Positions 34,209 through 47,222 of a stretch of 53,900 nt of DNA are shown here, one piece after another (the first letter of the stretch is position 1; each line of letters opens with the position of its first letter). This stretch comes from Nemertoderma westbladi. Taxonomy: Eukaryota; Animalia; Xenacoelomorpha. The notes under the pieces were generated by a model. It worked only from the letters and a program-made list of their open reading frames with translations, had not been told where the DNA came from and made no database searches. The position numbers and the translations under genes were made by a program. Location of the stretch: contig JAUCBJ010008310.1 in the NCBI GenBank assembly GCA_032718475.1, positions 1-53,900 of the forward strand. The letters run 5' to 3'.

Positions 34209-37200
34209 CCCTATTGAAAAGTTTTACATGTACGCCGAACACGTTCGGCGCAGCACTAGAACTTGCGCCGGGAGCTGGCGCAGAAATGTGCTACGCCGGG
34301 TAATGAGCCGGAAGGGTCGGCGCAGAGATGTGCTACGCCGGCGTAGCCGGCGGAGCACTGACTATGGTAGAGATGCTGCGCTCGGCGCAGCAGGCGTCGA
34401 AATATTCCCGGCGTCATCGCTGCAGAAATTGACCCGGCGCTGGAGCAGGAATCAGCCCAGCACACCCGGCGTACATATTTGCCTGGCGCAGAAATCAGCC
34501 GAACCAAGCACCGGACAGATAGTGAGACTGAGACAGAGCACGACAACAGACATGCGTTCATCAGACCAACAGCACAGCAACACAATAAAACCAACAGACC
34601 AACTGGCCTGGCCATGCAGGAGGCAGAATGGAAACTCACACTGGCTGACTACAACTGGTCATTTATTTACGTATTTAGCCTTATGCTGTAGTAGGCAGGT
34701 CAGCAGGTAGGCTATCACAGTTCCAGCTATCAGCTGATCATTCATTATTGCTATTGGTTAGTCAGTTTATTTATTTACATATTGCTGTATTGTATTAAGC
34801 TATATTTATACAGTATTATACTGTTATATTATATATTATTTGGATGGAGACACCGCTGTCATAGAAGCGTATAAATAAAACTGCACATAATAAAACAGGA
34901 TAAAGTTGAACAGTGAATAAAACAAAACGACTTCTACTATGGCAATGGCACTATTGATAATGAAACAATTTATTACTGACACACATAGGCCTTACAGGCT
35001 GATCTACAGTAGACACTAGTGGAATGTTGTAACCATTGGAAATTGCAGTTCAGCAGTTCAATGACTCCAAGTGCAAGGTCATGCATCTAGGTTCTAGAAA
35101 TCCCCAAGCAACTTTTTACACAATGAGTGGACGGACACTTTTATCGGCAACCGAGGAACGTGATTTGGGAATTACATTTAAACCACAAACTTGTCCTTCA
35201 CAACTCACTGCACAAAGACTGCAGCCCGTGCCATATGCAAGTCGTCCATTTAATACGACGAACTTTTACATATTTGGAAGCTCCGATGTTTACCCTCTGA
35301 CCCTGTTATACAAATCCCTTGTTCGGCCTCTCCTTGAATACGAATCGTCTTGAACAAGTACAACCCCGTGCCACAGTTGTCATATGAAAACCGACTACGT
35401 GCACTCAAACTACCGACATTAATATATCGCCGTGTACTAGCCGACCTTATAACAACATACAAGTTTATCCACGGGATTGACAATATTGAGCGAAGTAATT
35501 TCTTCCAATTTCGTTCCGAACTCCCCCAATACTCAACACGAGGCTCTTCCTTGGCGCTGTACAATGTTCGAACTATAGGACTCAAATGAGATGCAACAAC
35601 TTTGCAGACAGCGTTGTAAACATTTGGAATCCTTTACCATTACTGGAAAGTGTTGTTAATGCACGTAATACTTGGTACTCCATGGTTGAACACATTCAAA
35701 AATAGACTAGACTGCGAAATGTCCCTTAAAATTAATATGTAGTGATACTGTATTCCTGTGCGCCAAGTGGCAGTAGCGAAAGCGATATCTTTCAGATATC
35801 TTTCGGATACAACGATATCTTTATTAAAATCTAGCTACAGTAGCTATTATTTTCATTTTTTCAATCCCAAAAAAAAAACATTTTTTTTGTTAAATTTTAA
35901 ATAGTGTTTTTTTATGTTTAATTGTTTTCCTATCTTTTGTAGTTTCTTTACTTTGCACGTTTTATTTCAGCAGTATTATTTTACCAAAGCGACATACCTA
36001 CGGTACCAAATTTATGTTCCGTATAACTACGTATTGTTGTGTTGTTTGTATCCTATAGAGTATTGTAAACTTCTCCTTTATTAATATGCTTGCCTTTAGA
36101 ACTGTATGTTGTTGAAGCCCTTGAACCTAAGTATGCTTTGCCGATTTTATATTTAATTTTACTGTAATCATTTTTTTTAATAATTAACATGCATCAACTG
36201 TAAACCATTATCCGTATTTTTCTTACAATAGTACATACGCTTATTCGCGTACTTTGCCAGATTTGTTTATTTTATTTTAATCTACTGTACGTGTACGTAC
36301 CTGTACATGTGCAAAAATATATATTTTATTGTTATTCTGGCGATGTAAATAACATAACATAACATACAGCTAGTCATTATTCATTCAGACATACCGTATC
36401 TGTAGCATAGACGTATACTGGACCACAGTACTTAGTCTGTTAGTATGTAGTAAAGTAGAACGTAGTACTTAAATACAAGGACTAGGCCTACTGAAGTAGT
36501 CTTTAATATTCTTTCTATAATTTATAATCATATTGTAACATTTGACTAATTTCAAAAAATGTACACTTTACTTGACAACAAAAATTTACATGCAGTGTTT
36601 CATAAGTAGTTGTTTCGTAATGTTACACTTTTGGAATAAAACAACGCACCTAAACTGTACTTGTTGCATTTGTCTTTAAGGTATTCCGTCTCTCTCTTCA
36701 TCCTTATTTTAATTTCACCCATCAACTACTGTACTTTCGTTCGTTTAAGTAACAACTCGGATTAGCACAATTTCCAAAAGTGCTACTTTACAAACACATT
36801 CCAATACCATGAATACTTATTAATGGCACGCTGTACCTGATGATTTAGTTTAACATGCAAGAAATAATAATTATTAAAATCATAAAAAGTTTAATATATT
36901 CAAATATCCAAATCTTTCCCCATCCTTTTATTGTGGTACTGTATCTTATAAAATATAAATCTTGTTATGGAACGAACATAAGTTTGTCGAATTCGAATAC
37001 AATACGATATCATCAGTATTTAAATGAATACGTGTCTCTTGTAGGTGCCATCAACTCAAGACAGGGGGGTGGGGGAGGGGGGGGGGGGGGGGGGTCATGG
37101 GGGATATGTTTCATTACATACGTCATACATATTTTATAATTTACATACAGTATACTATATGCGGCTGCAGTATTATAGATAACATAATAGACTACAGGTA

Positions 37201-37565
37201 CTGTCAGACTGTACAGTATAACAGCCAGATTTTATATTTGATGTTTTATACTAGTCATCCCGGTGCAGCTTTGAAGAGCCGGCGGAAGATTTTTCACCCG
37301 GCGCAGCATTTTGCATTGCACAGAGCTAGCGCAGGATTTTTGCACCCGACATGGCCATAGGCGAATTTTGCAGAGACGGCGCATAATTTTTTGCACCCGG
37401 TGCGGTTTTGCACAGAGCCGGCGCAGAATTTTTTGCACCCGGCGTGGTTTTGCTCAGAGCCGGCGCAGAATTTTTGGCACCTGGCGTGGTTTTGTTCAGA
37501 GCCGGCGCAGGATTTTTGGCACCCGGCGCCGCGTTCGGCGCAGAAAATAAAACTTTTCAATAGGG
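34209..37565. mobile_element. 3.36-kb non-autonomous TIR DNA transposon with subterminal repeats; superfamily unassigned
   Basis: 18-bp TIR CCCTATTGAAAAGTTTTA / TAAAACTTTTCAATAGGG. TSD GCCTAGTA at 34201-34208 and 37566-37573. GC-rich (GCC)GGCGCAG subterminal repeats occur at both ends, as 42-bp units at ~37260-37545. Confidence 0.85.
35036..35720 (+). mobile_element. Decayed CR1-type LINE 3' fragment inside the TIR element
   Basis: Motifs 'FNDSKCKVMHLG', 'EERDLG', 'LYKSLVRPLLEY' and 'LSYENRLRALKLPTLIYRR..ADLITTYKFIHG', with frameshifts. Confidence 0.85.
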
Positions 37566-38043
37566 GCCTAGTACCGGTATCTTTCTTGGTCTTATTGTCG
37601 GCAGGCCTACAGCTTAATCGGTTGAAGGTTCGAAGCTGATTTACAAATGTTCCAGAAGCTTGGACCTGATAAGTCCGGAAAACCTCCACCAATTTTGATT
37701 AATGACATATTTGGAAAACACTAGGCATATCGGTTAGAAACAAACCATTCACTAATTCAAAAGATGTATGTTACCGGTAGATATGTCGAATCCGTGCTTG
37801 GTCAGCTTTCTAATAATGTATTGTATTACCATCAAATCATTATATGGTTGAAGAATAACTGCGATGTAACTGGTGCAATATCGACGGAGAAACTTTTTTT
37901 AAACGGTTGTACAGCAGCTAAAAAAATGAAAGCAAAAATTAAAATCCTGACTCACCCAGGGAGGAGGAGTTGAGCCAAACTAACTATAAGTATATCTAAT
38001 TCAAATTTTATGCAATATACAATTTGAACAGGGGGGAGGGGGA

Positions 38044-38779
38044 GGGTTTGTCTTTTTACTGTATGTGTACGTATTTGAAATAGTTCCCGTAGCCTACCAT
38101 AGGCTACCGTATGTAGGACGTATTTGCCCGTATTCAGGAAGCAGTACTGCAGTAGTCAGTGCACTGCAGCACTACTGCACTATGGCTAAATCTCACGGTA
38201 CTGTACAGGGCCTATTTATCCATGTTTATAGACCTGTACGTACAGTACAGGTAAATACTGTAATACAGCGAGCCGGCTGTACTGTGTGCTAAGATTATAC
38301 AGCTCGCGTTTGTGGGGTGAGCCACGACGTTGCCGGAGCATTAGTGAACTGACAATGTTAGGGGTGGGACAATAATGGCAAATAGTTGTTGACGCCGCCA
38401 CCTTAGTGTTAGAAACTAAATCGTCCTTTATCGTCTGCTCGTTGATTACACTGGAGGGGCAATTCAACATTCAGCCATCAACGAACAGTATAATAAATTA
38501 TTATGATTATTTCATAATAAAATGATAAATAATAAAAAAATATCCTTGAAAAAAAATTAAACTCTCAGAGAATTTCCAAACCCCTGGTATCGGGAGCATA
38601 GAACACGTAGTATAAAAACACTTAAAACAGGCCAGGTTGCCAGGTACAGTACCGTTAGCGGTAAGCAGTGCACTGATTCTGCTTCCTGAATACGGGCAAA
38701 TACATCCCACATACGGTAGCCTACGGTAGGCTACGGGAACTCTTTCAAATACGTACACATACGGCAAAAAGACAAACCC
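38044..38779. repeat. ~110-120-bp inverted repeat pair (38044-38167 / 38665-38779) enclosing ~500 bp; MITE-like
   Basis: GGGTTTGTCTTTTT...GCCCGTATTCAGGAAGCAG matches its reverse complement at the right arm. No TSD was found. Confidence 0.75.
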
Positions 38780-39829
38780 GGAGGGGGCGGGACGTGTCAC
38801 TGAATTACGATACTACTGTATATTCCAGGACATTTTTGCACAGTGGTAACTAAAGTTTATAAATTTGCAGATTGCCTGTATTAAATATAATACAGTACTG
38901 TATTAGCAACAATGAGGCCATCTGAATGATAAACATAGACAAAGCATGATTAGATAAAGATAAATTAAATATTAAAATAGATTATTATGACTGGTATTTG
39001 TTTCAGTTTTCATTGGTAATACATTGTTTAATACTAACCCCAAAAAGATTCAAAGTCCAATTGTTTTGTATTGAACCCCTTTAAGAAACTCTCTTCCCGG
39101 GGGTACTTCCCTGTGCTGTTCCCTCCTCTAAATGGCTAGCTCGATCATGATACTATATTTGGGTTATCATTTATATTAAAGAAAGATTTAGTAGCCTTAG
39201 GGACGTCGGATAACCCTGATTAAGCGGATAACGCAGCCTTGCGCAACATACATTATATTTTCCCAGAGTTGTTGCTGCCTGTGTTTTGTCTCTTAGCTGT
39301 CTGTTCATAAATATATACAACAAAATGTATATTGTAATGGATCAACATAATGTTTATCAGTGAAGTCTTACTGGGTTTGAACGCCCGTCAACCGACATTC
39401 AGTGTAACGCTTACACTACTGCAATTATATTATCTACTGTACAGTAGCTCCTGCCATATAGGACTGCGTTCTAATGTACTGGTTTTAAAGAGGCGCAGGA
39501 AGTGGAGCACAGTAGCCTAGGTGTGGCCAAAATACCCCGAAATCCAGTTTGTTTTAACAGGGAAATCCCGGGAAATTTTTCAGTAATAAGAGCAGAAACC
39601 CATTCGGTTAGTGGGTGGCTGGCGACTTGTTTCAGGAAGTGAGAAAGAATACCTGCCATTTTTACATATTAGTTTCAGCAAATGATTATTTGCTATTATT
39701 AGCCATTATGTTACTGTAACACTACAATAGTGAATGCCTACCTTTCGTTTAGCAAATTAACATGCCATAGACAGATTATATTTTAGGCATACAAATTGCT
39801 GCTAAGGACTACTAATGTACAACTAAGGA

Positions 39830-40760
39830 CATGGGAGATGGTTGGCGACTTGCCCTCTCATCATCAGCACATGCAGCATTAGACAAAATAAACCAAATCT
39901 ACAACCGCATCATCCATTTCCACATCTTATGTTCTGGAAGACTTGCTAAGAAGTTTCCTAAGGTGGTTGTGATTGTGTGCTATTCTCAAACTAGTGTTGC
40001 CCCAGGAGAAGAGGTGTAAAATTTCTACCACAATCTACAAGCAGCTACGAGTTGATCAGCATGCATTCTTAACATTCCTGGGAGACTCTAATGCAAGTCT
40101 ACCTCACTCATCTACTGTACATCACTCTGGGTCGATAGCAACAGTGGTAACCCAAATTCCGTCCATCTTCAGGATTTCATCTCTGGCAATGGATTGTTTT
40201 CGGTTGGAACACAGTTTAATAAACGAACTGGAAAGCTATGGACTCATAGTGGACCCAGTGGTCACAAGTCCCAGATAATAAACACATTATGTTTCATAGG
40301 GAATACAGGAGCTCTATACAAGACTGTAATGCATTTACACTTCGACCCTTCTCCAGTGATCACCGCCTTATAGTGGCCAAGGTAAGACTTTGTCTGCGTG
40401 CTAGCAGAACAACGAAATCTGCCTTGCCACGGCCTGACTGGTCCTCTTTGTTCCAACAGCCCAGTGTGAGATTCAGCTTCACATTACAGCTGACAGGTAT
40501 GAGGCTGTTGCCTCATACTTTGAGATAACTTTGAGGTACATCGTATATCAGAGTCTGTGCATACATATATCCCCATTGTTGACAACTCCTTTTGATGAAA
40601 TCAAGACTGTGGCAAGACCAATCGTGCCAGTGGAGTAGATGGCGTGGCGATGGAGCTCATTCACCCCATTGCATTGGACATGTATAGGACAAAGATAATC
40701 CCTCAATAAATGAAAACAAATAAATTGGTCCCTGTCTCAAAGCGCGGGCATTCTATCAAC
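39830..40760 (+). mobile_element. Highly decayed RTE-type LINE fragment (APE region to RT start)
   Basis: Fragments 'VVIVCYS', 'FLGDSNA', 'KLWTHSGPSG' and 'FSSDHRLIVAKVRLCLRA'. Confidence 0.6.
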
Positions 40761-40899
40761 CTATGATCTTTTCTATGTCCAAGATTTGGAATTTCAATCG
40801 GAATCTCAAGGTTCGATTATTTAGGGCAGCAGTAATATCGGTACTCTTATACTGTATATTAGCAGCACCTTAGAGTACTCTGGAATTGTATCTTACAAG

Positions 40900-42300
40900 T
40901 GTGTCTTATGAATTTATGGTGACTAATGGTACGATGCAAGGTGGCATTCTAAAGTTCTTTACAATGTTTATGTTGACACGTTAAGTATTACTCTTACAGT
41001 TTCAAATATACACGAGCCATGTACACGGTACCGTGTCTTGGCTCGACCACGTGATATCGAGTTGCGAATTTCATAAGTTAATTTTGGATATGAAGATACT
41101 GTATGAGGTGTCAGATTTTGATCATATGCCTATTTCATTCAAATTTATTCTTTTGCAGTGTGATAATTTTTTTAATGGAACTAATAATTTGAATAATGAC
41201 TCAGGTAATAATTATAGCGCCCCCTTCTGGGACAAAGTAGATAATAACATGAAACATGCATATGCCGATCGTACTAATGTTTTATTTTCTGATATTATAT
41301 TGCCCCACGAAGCAATTATTTGTTCTGATGTACATTGTTGCAACGAGGCACATTTGTTACAATTTCAGTTGTGACATGATAATGTTATGCGTATTTTGAA
41401 AAATTCTGGTTCGGAATGTTTTCCGGATTCTAAAACGGGGGGCTCTAACAAACCAGTGGTCCCCGGTTGGAATGAATTTGTGAAAGAAAAACGTGAGGCC
41501 TCTTGTGAGGCCTTCCGTATTTGGCGGGGAAATGGAAACGAGCGCTATTTAAAACTTATTGTTACAGTCTTTATTGTACTTCATTGTGGAGTATATTTAG
41601 AGTTGAGGAACTGCGTAAGGTCCGTGTAGCCTACAATACTGCGTTCAGGTTACTTTTTAAGTATAGTCGCTGTGATGACGCGGATACAATTTTTGTAAAT
41701 AATTGAGTTAATGCTTTTGTAGCAATATGTAGGGTTGTGGCAGGCTCGCTCGCAAGGCGAGTAGCGTCTTCTAGTAACGATTTACTTTCAGTTTGTTTTA
41801 ATATTTGTCCGTCCTCGACTTTACGGGACCGTTGGGAAGTACTTCTATCTGTGTAATATTGTATAATTAATATATTCGCAATACTGGGCCATAAATATCC
41901 ACCCTCGTAAATTTTTTTTTTTTTTGTTTTTTTTTTGCATTTTTCACTTTGTAATGATAGTGTATAATGAAGTTCTATTGGTTTCATTTTTGTTCTTTTT
42001 TCTTTGGTCGATTGTCGGTCACTGTGAATTTAAGTATAGATGGTAGGGTCCAACCGTAATTAATTTTGTGCTATGTGTTTCGTTTAGTATATATTAATGT
42101 ACGTACAGTAACATGGGTCATTAGTGCCCGATAATGGAAAGGAAATAAAATAAATATTGGTTGTTTTATTGGGGAGATTCGAATAAATTACCTACTACAG
42201 TATATGCTGATGATCTATGTTTAATATCATATTATGCTAATAATAACTCTATTATGTTTAAACGTAAGAATACTAACTGAAATTTTTTTCTACCTAAATA
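40900..42300 (+). mobile_element. Scrambled fragments of an RTEX-like LINE
   Basis: Fragments 'NGTMQGGIL', 'SWLDHVISS...DHMPI', 'PGWNEFVKE', 'LFKTYCYSLYCTSLW' and YADDLCLI at ~42202. Confidence 0.6.
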
Positions 42301-42439
42301 TTTCAGTTTAAGTGTAGTCACGCATATTACTTTAAATGGCTGCCCAATTCAAGTAGTTATTCAATATTCAATATTGCTACCTACAGTAGTTCACATTTTA
42401 CATTCAGATGGTGACTTTAATATTCGAAACCAACTGCGT

Positions 42440-42665
42440 TCACTCTATTGGAGGTGTCTCATTTGTTACCCCAAGCTTGACACGAGAACAAAGCCGCCCC
42501 CGCTTTACAGGACATTGCTTTCGCCGTGAGGACCAGCCAGTGCATAATCTTGTGCTTTGGCGCCATCATGGAGTGAATAATCATGGTGGACAGCCCATGG
42601 CTTTCTTGAGACGCATCTTAAAGGACACTGGCCTTGAAGATGCGGATGATCATGCCGCATGCCCA
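42440..42665 (+). mobile_element. RTE 3' fragment, same family as the copy at 46040-46240 (minus)
   Basis: 'RFTGHCFRREDQPVHNLVLW' here versus 'RFAGHCFRREDQPVHNLVLW' in the other copy; nucleotide similarity is visible. Confidence 0.8.
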
Positions 42666-44445
42666 TAGTACTCAGCTATATTACACTCTACAATGAAATG
42701 GTAGGGGTCTACTGAACACGTGTACAGTAGTATTTATATGATAAACTCTCACGGCTACAATAAGCTTTTTTTTCATTCCTCATGAAACACATGCCTCATT
42801 TATTCACAAAATACTAACTACCTTCAGAAATTAAACACTGGACTATAGATATTGAACAAACAACGAAAAATTATTTCTGAAGCGAGAGAAATTTAAAAGC
42901 AACAAACCAGTTTATTGTCGTACCACCCATAATATTTTTATTATCAACAAATACACCGACTACAGTACTGTACAACACACAAAAAAAAAATGTCTAAATA
43001 AATAATATGTCGTTAATCTCCTTTTAATCAGATACCATGTTGCTTTGGAAAAACATTCTGTGCATTTGCAGTATGTGACCTAACATAAGGTCCCAGGCAG
43101 CACGAGTGTGATATTTTATACGCACTGCTACAGTATGCGAATCCCAAAAGCAAAAGTCCCATACAAAAATATAGTAGAGAGTCCATTAGTATTCCCTACA
43201 TGTTTACCGGCATGTAACATGAGACAGTGGTTGAAGGGGAACTTATAATTAAAGGAAGTGAAAATCGAGAAGAAATGAAAGAAAAATTTGAATTATGGTA
43301 GAGGGTGAGGAAGCTATGCGGCTGTGCCGTACATACACACAATAACCTAGGAAAAGATTGAATTACGTGAGATTTTAGGGGACAGAATTTAATGAGCGGT
43401 TTAGCTTTCGGATGAATTGCAAAGCGTGTTACCAATCTGGATCCATTCCTCCATGGGTACTCCATGGGCACTTGGCAATATAATGAAGCAATAATGGACT
43501 AACTATATAAAAATATTGGTTATAACCTAGAATTAATGACATGCAAAATGACTATAATCTCCAAATTATGTGTTTAGTGAGTTTAAAAACATTATGAGAA
43601 AGGTAATGGCGGTGTTTTCTAGCCGAAACCATAAGTGAAACTTTATTTAATATTCGACGAATTAGCGCTGGTTCACTTTTTAAATTTACTGTCAATTTGC
43701 GCCCGTATCTCCTTTCGGAATGATATATCGAATGAACAATATTTTTTCCATCGTAAGACGGTTAACACTGTAATGGTTATACCACCCTTCCCCAACTTGG
43801 TAACCGGTGGAGGGTTACGATAATACCAGTTGTATCCTCTCCATTACCAATCGTCATTATCGTAACGTTTAATTTCCATTGATGAGATATCGAGTGGCTT
43901 CCCACTCCACGGTGTAAATAACTAGACCTCTAAGCGCTAAGTTAAAAAACATGAAAATGTATATATATAATCAGCCTCAACCCTCAACATAACATAAACA
44001 AACTAATTCCTCAACAACAAATTTCAAACGTTTTAACATATTCTGAATCCTTGAAAGTTCACATTTCCATATCGGTGCAAATCTATCAGAAACGGACGAA
44101 GAGCATCAGGGAGTGGGGTAATTGGCGTCGGAATACACCATGTATGTCCTGGAATACAGTGTCTTTATTCAGGAACATGCCCCGCTCCCCCAAAATTGTC
44201 TACCAATCTTAATGAGATTGGATGAAATTTGAAACAGAGATACAGTAGTACAGTAGTACAGCAGTACAGTAGTACAGTATCACCTCCTCCTGACTGGGTG
44301 AGCCAGAATTTTTATTTTCGTTTTCATTCTTTCCTACAAATCGTTTTGAGAAACGTATCTCCCCCGTGATTTGTTGGTACAGTACTATTAGAAAGGTGGC
44401 CGTGCAAGGATTCCAAATATGTAACACAATATAAATTGCGTCGTA

Positions 44446-44895
44446 AAATATGAGCGTTTAAATATTAAACACAAATATGAGCGTTTAAATATTAAACACA
44501 AATATGAGCGTTTAAATATTAAACACAAATATGAGCGTTTAAATATTAAACACAAATATGAGCGTTTAAATATTAAACACAAATATGAGCGTTTAAATAT
44601 TAAACACAAATATGAGCGTTTAAATATTAAACACAAATATGAGCGTTTAAATATTAAACACAAATATGAGCGTTTAAATATTAAACACAAATATGAGCGT
44701 TTAAATATTAAACACAAATATGAGCGTTTAAATATTAAACACAAATATGAGCGTTTAAATATTAAACACAAATATGAGCGTTTAAATATTAAACACAAAT
44801 ATGAGCGTTTAAATATTAAACACAAATATGAGCGTTTAAATATTAAACACAAATATGAGCGTTTAAATATTAAACACAAATATGAGTGTTTAAAT
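44446..44895. repeat. 27-bp minisatellite (AAATATGAGCGTTTAAATATTAAACAC), 16 full copies plus a partial one
   Basis: Near-perfect tandem array. Confidence 0.97.
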
Positions 44896-45173
44896 CTTTC
44901 ATGGGTTTGCATATGACTGAGGCAATTTTATTCTGTTCAATAAAATACTCCATATTTTGGAACATTTTGTTAATGCATAAGTAGCTACGTATGTACAGTA
45001 ATAATATTATTAAATACAGTAGGTATTTAATTAATAATTAATAGGTATGTAATTGCATTGCTGTCAAGCTACGTATTGGTCAAACAAAATATTCCAGATG
45101 TTGTATTTATTTAATAGAATAAAATAGTCTCGCTATTATGCAAAACCATGAATTTTAAACCGACGAAATTTAG

Positions 45174-47222
45174 GGCTTCCTGGAAAACACGCAACAGCGC
45201 AACGGCGCAACAGCGCAACGGCGCAACAGCGCAACAGCTCTATAACCAATGGGCAGCATTGGCGCAACATCGCAACAACGTAAGATTGGTTTATACATTC
45301 CACTCTAATTCCATTGGCTTGTACATTCTGTTGCGTTCTATGACATTCCATTTCTGTAGTGCCGATGGCGCAACATAGTAATAAATAAAGCAAGGTACTG
45401 TACGTTCTAAAAGGGATGCGACCTATAACAATCCAATACAATATGGAACTCACTTCCCAGTGACGTTATCGAATCAGTAATAAGTCCTTTTGTGACAAAC
45501 TTAAAACTTGTAATTTATTAGAACATTGCCATTTCAATAGATTCGATTAATTAGGACGCATGATCATTCATTTATTTTTAGTTTCTACTCAGTATGCATA
45601 AACTTTTGTCCTTATAAAACACCAATCATGGTATACAATTTAGTCTCCCCCTTCCCTTGTCAAGGGGTTAGCATATTAAATATATCCTTGCCCTCTCGTG
45701 AACAAAGTCAATAAAAAGCAATGGAGGCGGTTCGTATAGGCATAGTTATGGGTAGCACCTACGCGTAGTTATACGTAGCACCTCCGCGTAGCACATACGC
45801 GTAGTTAATGTTAAAACTCTGAAACTGGTGATGTATGACCCAATGTTGCGAACTACGCGTAGGTCGAAAAGATTTACCCTGCCTGTGCGTTGCCAACACT
45901 ACAGCACTACCTGACAGCCTGACTACTACTACTACTAGGATCGGCATGCTGCATTGCAGCTGCATTTTTAAGAATGCTGTGCCGGCTTGTCGACAAAATT
46001 GCGCCGCCACAACTCCCTATCACCCATGCCATTTGCTAGATCATCCGCATCTTCAAGGCCAGTGTCCTTTAAGATGCGTCTCAAGAAAGTCATGGTCTGT
46101 CCACCATGCTTATTCACTCAATGAGGCTGCCAAAGTACAAGATTATGCACTGGCTGGTCCTCACGGCGAAAGCAATGTCCTGCAAAGCGGAGGCGATTTT
46201 GTTCTAGTGTCAAGCTTGGGGGAACCAATAAGACACCTCCAATGTTATATAGTGTCTGGTTGGAGATGTGTGCATTGTACTTGACACAATGAACCCGGCG
46301 TAGCATTCTTGTGAATGTACCATCCTGAGATTTGGCGTCCTCAGCAGTTAGAGCCCAGCATGGACTCCCATGCTGGAACTACTGCTGCTCTAAATAATCG
46401 GACCTTAACTTTCCGATTAATTCTTGGTGATTTCCAAATCCTGGAAAGCCTATTCAAGGCTGCCCATGCCTTTCCCTTACGTATTCGAAGGTCCTCACCT
46501 GACTTCCGGATCCATGATCCCAGGTAACAGAAGTCGTCCACATGCTAAAGCATACCATCCTTCGAGCTTATGCTCATACGATCGATCAGAGACTTGCTGA
46601 GGACTTTCAAAGTTAACTGTCAAAATTTTGGTCTTTCTGGAGTTAATAAAAAGACCAACACTAGAAGCAGCATGTTCTAATGAGCTGAGGAGCCGTTGGG
46701 CTCCCTCTAGTGAATCTGAGAGTACTCCTAAGTCATCAGCAAAGTCTAGATCAGTTAGGTACTTGGCAGGATTTCCTCGACTTCTGGAGCCAGTAGGTGG
46801 AGTTGTCATCACCCCATCATCATTAAGATGATCTAAGGACATGCGTAGAACATAGTCAACCACAATTATGAACAAGAATGGTGCAAGTGTGTCTCCCTGG
46901 AGGACGCCCCATAACACTTCAAATGGTTCTGTGTCACCGTCACCGTCACAGCCTGACTACTTCCTGTCAGCTAATCAATAACCAGTATTTTCATGTATTT
47001 GTAGGCCTAACTTCTCCTGTTCTCTGCTTGTTGCGCCATCGGCGCTACAGAAATGGAATGCCATAGAACGCAACAGAATGTACAAGCCAATGGAATTAGA
47101 GTGGAATGTATAAACCAATCTTAGGTTGTTGCGCTGTTGCGCCAATGTTGTTCATTGGTTATAGGGCTGTTGTGCTGTTGCGCCATTGCGCCGTTGCGCT
47201 GTTGCGTGTTTTCCAGGAAGCC
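45174..47222. mobile_element. 2.05-kb non-autonomous DNA transposon with ~200-bp TIRs and an 8-bp TSD (MULE- or Merlin-like), carrying an RTE fragment
   Basis: TIRs at 45174-45375 and 47029-47222 start GGCTTCCTGGAAAACACGCAAC and contain GCGCAACA/G repeats. TSD AAATTTAG at 45166-45173 and 47223-47230. Confidence 0.88.
46010..46935 (-). mobile_element. RTE-clade LINE RT/3' fragment
   Basis: Motifs 'GVLQGDTLAPFLFIIVVDYVL', 'DLDFADDL', 'DDFCYLGSWI', 'KVRLFRAAV' and 'RLRFAGHC'. Confidence 0.9.

Noticed and set aside
34228-34710. GC-rich ORFs upstream of the 2A-LINE as a possible ORF1 or host gene
   Set aside because: They lie within the subterminal repeats of the TIR element and have no recognisable domain.
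44388-44912. 174-aa ORF of SYLCLIFKR repeats
   Set aside because: It is a by-product of a 27-bp stop-free satellite, with no splice or homology support.
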